Positions 39,560 through 49,300 of a stretch of DNA of 64,000 nucleotides are shown here, one piece after another. Position numbers and translations under genes: made by a program. The stretch spans positions 2,380 through 66,379 of the forward strand of contig CAZIIP010000001.1 of the NCBI GenBank assembly GCA_964539455.1. Reading direction: 5' to 3'. Below the pieces are notes generated by a model. It did no database searches. It was not told the DNA's origin and worked only from the letters and a program-made list of their open reading frames with translations. Numbering within the stretch: position 1 is the first letter of the stretch; each line of letters begins with the position of its first letter. Source of the stretch: an uncultured Rhodothermales bacterium (GTDB lineage Bacteria; Bacteroidota; Rhodothermia; Rhodothermales; CAYLXM01).

Positions 39560-40347
39560 ACCACACGCTCAAGGTCGCCAGATACGAGATAAGCGACGTC
39601 GTTCGCAGCAAATGGGCCGTTGCCTACCTGCTGTTTTTTGCCGCAGCGAGTGAACTGCTTTTCCGCTTTGGTGGTGGAGGGCCGAAGGCGGTCCTTAGCC
39701 TGGGGAATATCATGCTCCTCGTCGTGCCGCTTGTCGGGCTTCTCTTTGCAACGCTTCATTTCTACAACAGTCGCCGGTTTGTCGAGATGCTGCTTGTTCA
39801 GCCGCTCCAGCGACGCCAGATTTTCGGCGGCATGTATCTAGGGCTGGTTCTGCCGCTGTGCGCGACATTCCTGGTGGGAGGTAGCCTACCTTTTTTAATC
39901 AGGTTACAATCACTGGGATCGCATCACATGGCCCTGATTGTGGTGCTTGGATCCGGCTGTGCCCTGACCGCCATTTTTGTCGGTCTGGCGCTGATTTTTG
40001 CCATAAAGTTCGAAGACAAGGCAAGAGGCATGGGTGCAGCCCTGTTTACCTGGCTACTACTCACGCTCGCATACGACGGGTTGGTCCTGTTCCTGCTGCA
40101 GGCGTTCGCATCGTATCCACTGGAGAAGCCGGTACTGGCCATGATGATTGCCAATCCCGTTGATCTTGCCCGCGTTCTCCTGATGATGCAACTGGATGCC
40201 TCGGCGTTGATGGGATATACGGGTGCCGTTTTTGAACGGTTTTTCGGTGGATTCGCCGGCGTTTCGATCGCCGCGGGCGCACTAGTCATCTGGTCCGCAA
40301 TCCCCTTTCTGCTCGGTCGCCTATGTTTTCGACAGAAAGACTTCTAG
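39556..40347 (+). CDS. nosY: ABC-2-type permease NosY
   Basis: 263 aa with six predicted TM helices, in the position after nosF. Confidence 0.85.
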   Translation: MNHTLKVARYEISDVVRSKWAVAYLLFFAAASELLFRFGGGGPKAVLSLGNIMLLVVPLVGLLFATLHFYNSRRFVEMLLVQPLQRRQIFGGMYLGLVLPLCATFLVGGSLPFLIRLQSLGSHHMALIVVLGSGCALTAIFVGLALIFAIKFEDKARGMGAALFTWLLLTLAYDGLVLFLLQAFASYPLEKPVLAMMIANPVDLARVLLMMQLDASALMGYTGAVFERFFGGFAGVSIAAGALVIWSAIPFLLGRLCFRQKDF

Positions 40348-40355
40348 AAGCAACC

Positions 40356-42245
40356 ATGAAAATCTCAAGCTTGATCGCCCGGGTGGCGTGCATACTTTGC
40401 ATGGCCCTCCCCTTCGCGCGTGGCCAGATCGACACAACCTACGTAACGGAAGGCATGCGCGTCTATGAAATGCTCCCCTTGTCCGTTACCGCCCAGCGCG
40501 CCGCGTTAGGTGCGACGGAAGCCACCATGACGCGCGAATTCGTGAACAATGCCCTGGAGGAGGCAGGCATTGCATTCATCAGAAGAGGCGTATTTCTCAC
40601 GACGGATGTCTATTTCGACGGATTTCGAAGGGGAGACATCGAAATTGTCATCGATGGAGAACGGACGCCCAATTCCTGCCCGGCTCGAATGGATCCGCCG
40701 CTCTCGCGGGTTAATCCGCTGGAAATGGACCAGGTCAAAGTCAACCGCAGCTCCGTCGGGTTGCACGCCGGAATTGGCGGTTCCGTGGAGTTTCACCGGA
40801 GCAGACCGTCAGACGAGAGACGTCTGCGTGGCGGCGTAACGACGACCGCAGGCGCAGCCCGCTCGGTCGATGCCGGTTTTTCCGTTGAGGCGCGGAATCT
40901 TAGACTTACCGGCAGGTACTTGCGCGGCGTCCCGTTTACCGACGGCTCCGGCCGATCGTTTGCAGACCGGTACGACTATCGGCGCGACGCTCCATACGGT
41001 TTGTACGAAACCTCCGTTCAGTATGGGCGCGGCGAGATCGCCGCCGGAGTTTCGTATTCGTATACCGAAGACGTTCCTTTCCCCTATCTGCACATGGATG
41101 AGCGCTTCAACAAACTGGTTTCGGGCTTCATCTCCTACGGAAGCACAAAGTTGTATGCAAACCGAACCCATCATCTGATGGATACCGGCTTGCGGAACTC
41201 CTACGACATGATGCAGATGGAGACGGACGTGACAAATGTCACGGCCGGTTTGACGAACGACCGGTTCGAGATCTACTACAGACGGTGGGACGGATGGAAC
41301 CGCCGGCAAAAGCCGGACGGATCGATGTATGTGGAGCAACACATGATACCGAAGTCGTCCTCGGTTTCCGCGTCGGTTCACCACAGCATTTCCGCAGGAA
41401 ACACGTCTCTCTCGGGAAGAATCGGCTTTCAGCTTCAGGGAAGCGATGACGACGATCGTCTTGGATTGCACCGCACACTCTATCCCGATGCCGATGCCCG
41501 CCGATGGTACGTACCGTTTGCCGCGGTTGCCCAGTATTCGGAGTTGCTGACGGAAAATATATCCGCCGGAATCGAAGCTGAAATCGGATCCAGGGCGCCT
41601 TTGCTGGAGGAAATGTTTGTAGCACTCCGGCGGGCGGGCGGCAAACCCGCGTGGGTGGGCAATCCGACCCTCAAAGCACCTCTGCGCCTTTCGCTTCGAA
41701 GCGCACTCAGCGGCAGCTCCTGGCGTGCAGAGTTGTTCGGCGCACACATCTTCCGGTACCCCGCCCTTTCACGGGTCGATCATCAAACCACCGGATTCGT
41801 TACCTATTCCGGAGTTCGTGCGCTCATGACCGGCGTAAATGTGCAATACGCAAACCGTTTTGCGAGCGCCGCGGGCTCATACACGCTAGGGCACAACCTC
41901 AACGAAAATCATCCTCTGCCCGAAATCCTTCCCCTAACCGGGAATGTCAGACTCTTGCTGCCGAAAAGACACGGACTGTCGGGATTCCTCGGCTTGACCG
42001 CCGCGACGGCGCAAAATCGGGTTGCAGAGTTGCTCAACGAGGAGCGTACACCCGGCTGGTATCGGCTGGATGCCGGATTGTCCTATCAGTCGGGAGCACT
42101 CGTCCTGTCGATGAACGTCGACAACCTGTTGGACCGCACCTACGCGCAGCACCTGTCATACGTCAGAGATCCCTATAGTGCCGGTCAGAAGATTTATGAG
42201 CCGGGCCGGCTCGTCAGGATCAGCCTTCAGGTCGACGTAGACTAG
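40356..42245 (+). CDS. TonB-dependent-receptor-like outer-membrane protein, last gene of the nos cluster
   Basis: Start at MKISSLIARVACILCMALPFARGQ, 8 nt after the nosY stop. Plug-like region (IAFIRRGVFLTTDVYFDGFRRGDIEIVIDGERT...VKVNRSSVGLHAGIGGSVEF), then a long beta-barrel-like region (NVDNLLDRTYAQH near the end). Confidence 0.75.
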   Translation: MKISSLIARVACILCMALPFARGQIDTTYVTEGMRVYEMLPLSVTAQRAALGATEATMTREFVNNALEEAGIAFIRRGVFLTTDVYFDGFRRGDIEIVIDGERTPNSCPARMDPPLSRVNPLEMDQVKVNRSSVGLHAGIGGSVEFHRSRPSDERRLRGGVTTTAGAARSVDAGFSVEARNLRLTGRYLRGVPFTDGSGRSFADRYDYRRDAPYGLYETSVQYGRGEIAAGVSYSYTEDVPFPYLHMDERFNKLVSGFISYGSTKLYANRTHHLMDTGLRNSYDMMQMETDVTNVTAGLTNDRFEIYYRRWDGWNRRQKPDGSMYVEQHMIPKSSSVSASVHHSISAGNTSLSGRIGFQLQGSDDDDRLGLHRTLYPDADARRWYVPFAAVAQYSELLTENISAGIEAEIGSRAPLLEEMFVALRRAGGKPAWVGNPTLKAPLRLSLRSALSGSSWRAELFGAHIFRYPALSRVDHQTTGFVTYSGVRALMTGVNVQYANRFASAAGSYTLGHNLNENHPLPEILPLTGNVRLLLPKRHGLSGFLGLTAATAQNRVAELLNEERTPGWYRLDAGLSYQSGALVLSMNVDNLLDRTYAQHLSYVRDPYSAGQKIYEPGRLVRISLQVDVD

Positions 42246-42424
42246 CGGCCGGTCACACTATCCGGTTGGTCGCTGTTGCGCCTGTGAATTGACTGAACAA
42301 GGCACCGGCAACGCAGGTTGGTAGCTCCAAATGAGCGATGAGCAACGCCGAACTGTCAGACTTCAGGAAAGGAACAGCGATTTGAAAGATTGCAGGATTA
42401 CAACCGCAAGCGGCTGAATACACC

Positions 42425-43234
42425 TCATTCGCGTGCCCGGCGTCTGCCGCTTTGTGCGGATTTGGTATCCTCACGGCCAGGATCCTCGTCGTCAAAAATA
42501 CCTCCGGGCGCTTCCATCCGAAGTGCAGTCTCCGGTTCCGTCATGCCCGGGGAAAGCATACCCATTTCTTCTGCAGCGATGCGTTCGAGTGTGACAGCCA
42601 GTTTTTCCAGGCGGTTCTTCCGGCTCTTGGTTACTGCGCCCAGGCCAAAACGCGCAGTTGTCCAAACTGTGGCGAGCGCGGCGATATAGATCGGAATACC
42701 CGTCAATCCCAGTGCCATACTGCCGAACAGAATGGGCAGCATGATGACGGAGATCAAAAGCGACGGGATCAAAAACGGAAGGATAAGTACCGGTGACGAC
42801 CAGTGTAGCTCAATGTGGGTCTTTCCGTCCCGTGGGATTGCCGTGACATGGGCATTGACCTCTTCGTTGCCCGTGAGCGTCCACTCGAACGCCCTGCCCC
42901 ATTCCTGCACGCTCCCGGATTCACGAAACGACCGTCTGATCTCCGTAACCATCCGCTCCCAGATCTCTGCCGTAAGCTCGCCGTCCAGTTCCAGTTCGAC
43001 CGTCCGGCTCAGTGGCCCACCCCAGAAGTTCGTCTCTCCCGTATTCCCACCGAAAACCATCTCGGTCGCCGCCAATCGCACGAACTTCGGATCAATCCCG
43101 GAATCGGAGGCAATTTGCTCCAACTCCGCGAGCGTCAAACCCGTGGACGGACCCTCCCCTTCCGTTCCCTGCATCTCGGCCGCTCTTTTGAGGATTTCGC
43201 TAATCTCTTCCTGCTTGTAGATTTGTTTGGACAC
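42425..43234 (-). CDS. hypothetical membrane protein
   Basis: GTG start. N-terminal helical segment EEISEILKRAAEMQ...GLTLAELEQIASDSGIDPKFV, a soluble domain, two to three TM helices (VLILPFLIPSLLISVIMLPILFGSMALGLTGIPIYIAALATVW), and a charged tail. Confidence 0.55.
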   Translation of the reverse strand: MSKQIYKQEEISEILKRAAEMQGTEGEGPSTGLTLAELEQIASDSGIDPKFVRLAATEMVFGGNTGETNFWGGPLSRTVELELDGELTAEIWERMVTEIRRSFRESGSVQEWGRAFEWTLTGNEEVNAHVTAIPRDGKTHIELHWSSPVLILPFLIPSLLISVIMLPILFGSMALGLTGIPIYIAALATVWTTARFGLGAVTKSRKNRLEKLAVTLERIAAEEMGMLSPGMTEPETALRMEAPGGIFDDEDPGREDTKSAQSGRRRARE

Positions 43235-43236
43235 GG

Positions 43237-43271
43237 GAGCGTTGAGCGTTCAAAGGTCAAAGGTCAAAGGG
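43237..43271. repeat. heptamer tandem tracts (GAGCGTT x2, CAAAGGT x3)
   Basis: gagcgtt gagcgtt caaaggt caaaggt caaaggg, immediately 5' of the GTG start at 43234. Confidence 0.9.
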
Positions 43272-43396
43272 AATAGCATTTTATGCTGTTAATAATATAA
43301 TGTTTATGATATTTGGCATCACTTGATTGTTTGGCCGGCTAACTCGTCGGAACTGGAGCCAATGGTGCTCCACAGAGATGTCAATAGCGGCAGGCA

Positions 43397-46300
43397 TTAC
43401 CGGATAAGGACCAGCGTCTGTGTTTGAACCACGTGGCCGGCGCGCAAACGGCAGAGGTATACCCCGGCAGGCAGGCGACCACCGGCAGCGTTCACACCGT
43501 TCCACTGAATCTGATAGCGGCCGGGTTTTTTTGTCTCGTCTACCAGCGTTGCGACGCGCCGGCCGAGCAGACTGAATATCTCCAGTGAGACCTCGGCAGT
43601 TGAGTCGAGTTCGTAGCGGATCGTGGTCTGGAATTCAAACGGATTGGGATAGTTTGGATGCAGTCCAGTGGTCAGTGCCGGCTGTGTATCACCGGCCGCG
43701 ACGCCTGTTGGAACCAAAACACGAAACACTGCCACCGCACTTCCGCCCAGGCCGTCATTCGCCCGCATCGTGATTTCGGCCGTTCCTACGGATAGCGGTA
43801 TCACACGCAACGAATACCCATCGATCTGGACGGCTGCGACCGCCTGATCCGAACTGTTTGCCGAGTAGTTCAGATCATGTCCGTCCGGATCCGAGAAGAT
43901 GCGACGGAGGTCTTCTTCGTAGGGATCGGCATCGACGAGCAGGGTCATGTCGGGCGGGCTGTCCTGCAACCGCGGGGCCTGATTGTCCTCCGTTCCGGGC
44001 GGTTCCACCAAGACTTCGTTCGAAGGCATGCTTATCGCCTCTGTGTAGACTGCCTTGACGCTGTAGTACCACGTGCCTCTCGTAAGATTCTTGTCCAGGT
44101 AAGAAGCTGTACTGCTCTGTCCGGCATCTGCCTCCACTTCTGCGATCCGGGTTCCGGAGGAGACGGCATCCTCCCGGTTTGATCGATAGATTCGGTAATG
44201 TGTCGGTCCGGAGACAGGCCCATCTCCCCCGCCTTCTTCAGAAAGGCTGCCCGTGACCGTGAGCACGTATCGCGTGGAATCGTTCCCTGTTCCACCTGAA
44301 TCGAAGATGCTGACGCCGATTAGATACGCTCCCGCCGGCTCGTCGGGCAGTTCGACAATCTCGGGTCCCGCATCGGATCCGGTGAGCGCAAAGTCAACGG
44401 GATCGAGGGTCTGTTTGTCTAGGACGTAAAGATCACAGTCGACGTTGAAGCTGTCCAGCCGAACCGAAATGCCGGGTGCCGTTGTGGTGACTTCAAAGAA
44501 ATCCTCGATGTCGTCCTCGACGATGCTCTCTCCATACTCAATTTCAAATATAATTCCGCCCTCATCCACGTCTTCCGCCTGGCCTTTTACCTGTGCGGGC
44601 GATGGCCCATAGAGCACCTGGGCGCTGGTCGCCAGATCGTTCGGCTCGACCTCGTCGACTACCGTCGCCGCGCCGATCAAGGGAAACGATGGACGTGATT
44701 TCCGGGCCGTCAACGTTTTGCCTGCACCGGTATCCAGTTGCACGTACGTTGAAGAGACAATGGTTGCTTCAAGGCCGCGTGGTGGTCCGTTAGCGATACT
44801 GCTGTCGGGTGGTTGCCAGGTGAGCTGTACGTCCATGAGACCACTCGATTTCACCTCGAGAAGCGCAGCTTCGGCAGAGCTAGCGTCCGGGTTGAATACC
44901 TGGACGATACGAATGCCGGTCGGAGCATCCGATGCAACATTCAGTGTCGCTGAGATTTCAGACGATGATGCCACGTCGATCCCGGTAACCGTCACTCCTC
45001 CACCGCCAACTGCGAGGGTTGTACCGTCTACGAATCCACTTCCCGTCAGGTGGAGTGACACACCGGTTGCGCCCTGCTGGATGCTCGTTGGTGTCAGGCC
45101 GTTGATACGCGGCGCCGAAGAGCCGTTCAAGTACACGCGCGTTTCCGTTCTGTTGTAGCCATCTGAGGCGACAACGCCGATGGCCGGGCGGCTGCCGGCT
45201 TGAAGGTTCCGCAGGTCTATACGGTGGCGCGTCCCGCGCAGGCGCACGGCAACGGGCACACCGGCGGAATCTTCGTCAGCATAAAAAACCACGTTGTAGA
45301 CAAGGGAGTCGCCATCCGCGTCGGATCCTTCCCAGACGGCGTCGATCAGGCCTGAGGTGTTTTGGCCGGAAATCGGACTCTTGATCCTTACATCGGGGGC
45401 GTTCGGACTCAAATTTTGCCGGGCAATTTCAATCTCTCCAAGTACTATGGAAACCGCAGATGCACCGGATTCCCGTGGCAGTCTGGTATTGAAATAGGCA
45501 TGGTCAGCCAATTCCGGCTCATCAGATTTTTCGAGAAACGAGACGGAGAAGCTTTTGGACTGAATGACGGAGCCTCCGGCATTGAGCAGCCGTGCTTCGT
45601 ACGGACCGATATCCGGCGTACGTGTACCCGTGATCTCTTGCTCTGCAACGCGAACGATTTCACCCGTTTTATCTCTACCTACCCAACCCTTGATTTCGAA
45701 CATCGCGACACTCTGGCTAGACTTCTGCTTCGATGCCGCGGGATCTGCCAAGAGCATTCGGTGCGTCGCATCGTAGGTCTTTGAACTGACCCAGTACGTG
45801 CCTCCTTCCGCTCCGAGGCCCATCGCCATATAGCTGTAGCTGCGCCTGCCGGGTGTACCGGACCAATAGAACCGCGGCTCATCCTCAACGGCGTCATAGG
45901 CGGACCGACTCGTGAATACCCCCGTATTGTCACCGTGTACATCGAGCAAGATGGGCGAATCGGGACAGTAGGCGGTGTTCGATAGATAGGGCTCATTCAG
46001 AACGTAGTCCCACGTCTCATCTTTTCCCGGTACCGGATAGGCCGGTGGGTTGACGGCACAATTGAACCAGCCGCCGTTGTATTCGTCACCCAAATTCAGG
46101 CTCGGACGGGATTTCAACACACACTCACCGAGCTTGTGACCCAGTTCGTGTGCGACAGTGGGACCGGCCCACCTGAAATCATCCGATATCACCACAAAAC
46201 ATGATCCGCCGCGCGTATACCCAAGCGAGGAGATGAGCGACCGGGGCACAAAGGAGACGATCACGTTTGCCACGTCATCGCCCGATGTTGCGGCAATTAA

Positions 46301-49300
46301 ATTGATGACGTCGAGCATCTCGAGCAGATCTTCCTCATGCATCAGTTTGCCCCTTTTGCTCAGCCGAAGCGTAGATGGATCAATCTCCGCCTGTACATCG
46401 GCAGGAAGGGCCGTTCGAAGAACCGTCTCGATTTGCAGGTTGTCTCCTGCAATCGGCAGTGTTTTTGCGAGGAAGGCACGAACGCTGTCTGCAAGGTCTT
46501 CCGGTGTTCTCCCGGCGGGCAGAACCGACCGTGTTCCGCCTCCCGGTAGAGGTTGATCGAAGATGATGAGCGGCAGGAGGAGGGAGCGCGTATCGACAAA
46601 CGTGCGCTCGATGTCGGGACACCGCAAATGCCACTCGGGAGCGTACATATCGCACGAAAACGTATATGTCCCGGCGGGAAATCCACCGTCTCCCGGATAG
46701 GGGATGCTCAAGTAATCTCCGCCGCCGAGCATTTCGTTTACGGTGTGTGTCTCGTCGGCACGATAATCCTGCACGGAAGAGGAGCGTCCGGTGACGCCAT
46801 TCAGCCGCAATTCTCCTCGGTACGTTTCGTCCCGATCCGGATCGTTGTGAAACTGTATGCGCATGGCGCCGTGTTTGCCGGCGATTTGCATTCGGTGATA
46901 TTCCTCGGTATCCAGCGACCGGTCGTCGACCGCCTGGTTGAAGCTGACGGCGACCTTGGTGACGAGGAAGTTCTTCCCGGCGTTATCGGTTACGTTGATG
47001 TCGGGTTTGCCGTTTTTTTGCTTCAGGATGATTTCGCGTTCGCCCAGGGGTGCGCCGTGTTCCACGATCAGATCATAGACCACCTCGATGTCCGAGACGC
47101 TCACGATCTCTGTGACCATTTGAACATCCGCCGCACCGCCATTCTCGAACACGACTTCCTCGACGTCGATCAGTCCCGTTCCAAGAATCCTCAGGGTGCT
47201 GAATGTGGATTGAAATGCACCGACGTCGGGATCATAATTGAAGCTGTCGTAGCCGATCCCTCCGGGAATCATCCGATACGGCGTGGTAAACGAGAGTCCA
47301 ACCAGCCAGCCGCCCACCTTTTCGACCAGATCGTCGAAGGCGTTTTCGAGTTGCGAAAAGAAAATCGTCTCGGCAGACGTGCTTTCTCCCGCGATCAGAT
47401 CGACGACCAGTTCATGTTCCCAGTCACCGGTTTTCTCGCTGCCTTCGTCCGGCGCATCAAATCCCAATACATCCCAGACAAACTCGTCTCCGGTGCTTCC
47501 GAGGTAGGTTGCGTAGATGGTTTCTCCGTTCTCGCCGTCGAGTTTTGCGGCGAATCCATCCTTTTGGCCTCCGAGTGTATCCTGCGAAGCGTCTTTTGTC
47601 GGGAATGAATCCGAACTCGTATAGCCGGCCACGAGCACATTCCCATCCGAGTCAAGGTCGATGGCTGTTGCGCCGTCTTCACCGAAATCGGTAGCACCGG
47701 ATTCCAGATACTCCTGCCCCTCTCCGCCCAGATACCTGGAAAAGTGCACATCCGAAAGCGTCGGATTGAACTTCGTGATAAAGGCATCGCCGCACCGCTT
47801 TGCACTTCCCGATTCCCACGCGCGACACATGCCTTGCGCAATGCCGTTGGCGGCCGGACCCTTTGTCGGGAAGTCCTCCGACGTTGTGTATCCCGTCACA
47901 TACACATTGCCTTCGGTATCCAGCGCGATGTCCAGGCCCTCCTCCACGCCGGAACCACCGAGCAGCGTCGAGTACTCCAGCGCTGATCCGTCGTCGCTGA
48001 GTATGCTGACGAAAACTCCGGGGCGACCTCCGTATTCCTTGTCGATTCCGTTGCGATAGGCCTCGGAGTGTGTGGGGTAATTTCCGTAGGCCGAGAAGTC
48101 GGATCCGGCCCCGGTGGTTGTTCCCACAACATACGCACGTCCCTCCGCATCAACTTTGATGGCAGCGCCGTACTCATGGCCAAAGGCTCTCTCATCGCCA
48201 GGTTGCTGAACGCCATCCACCCATTCGTGATCGGTGGAGGTCAGAATCGTGGAATACACCGCTTTCCCTTCCGGATCCAGTTTCACCACGAACGCATCGG
48301 TTCCTTCACATTCTATCTCGCTCGAGTTGGTCTCCCCGCAGGAAGTAATCCCGTCGCAGTACAAGTCATCTTCTTCGAATCCACAGCCCTGAAAAGCGCC
48401 GGGAGTCGTCGGAAAATCACTGGCACCGGTCGTACCCGTGACATACACGTTGTCCGACGCGTCCGTCGCCACACCATATGCGTAGTTCGTCGCGTCGAAG
48501 ATGCCCCACGACGTTGTGCCTGCACCCAGGTATTTGCCCCAGGTGAGCGATCCGTTTTCCCCAAGTTTTGCGACAAAAGCGCTCCCGCGTGCCGGCATAC
48601 CTTCCGTTGTGCCCGGGAAGTCTCCCGAAGACGTCGCGCCTGTCACCAGGACGTTCCCGGATCCGTCTACCACCATGTCGAATGCCGCGTCGCCTCCGTT
48701 GCGCGGGGGGCTTTCGGAGTACGAACCACCGAGATAGGTGGCCCAGATCAGTTCCGTCGCGTCCCGACTAAGCTTCATCACAAACGCATCGGATCCATAG
48801 TTCCAGATTCGATTGGCACCATTGATCGTCCGGCCTGTTGGTCCGTACAAATCGATGTATCCGTCTACGATTCCACCACCTGATGCCGCCGAAATCGGAT
48901 TGGATATGAAGTCGGCACTCCGTGTAGCTCCCGCCACGTAAAGATAGCCCTCTTCATCTCTGTCGAGACTCGTAACGACATCGCTGAGCGAACCTCCCAG
49001 ATAGCTGCCTGAGGCACTGACCACCGGATCGATGACCAACGGGAATCCTCGATCGTAGTCTCCGACAAAAAAACCAAGCGTTTGTCCCCTGTATCTCCTG
49101 AAGGCACCCTCGACGGATACGCGCTCGCCTCCGATCTCCTGATAGAGAACGGGCTCATTGAGCAGATACGTCTCTGCTTTCGTTTTCAGAATATATCCGC
49201 CGTTCCCGGCCGCACGCATCGAAGTAATCCCGTCAAATCCCAGTTTGACTATTTCCGGATCTGCTCCTGGTGCAACTACAAAATCAAACTCCAGCTCGGC

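Noticed and set aside
40809-41747. 312-aa minus-strand ORF
   Set aside because: Antisense to the receptor-like gene of the nos cluster. Arg/Gly/Pro-rich shadow frame.
46553-48883. 351-aa and 271-aa plus-strand ORFs (46553..47608, 48068..48883)
   Set aside because: Both are antisense to the 2139-aa gene, whose repeats and motifs define the true frame. They have no start context or recognisable domains.
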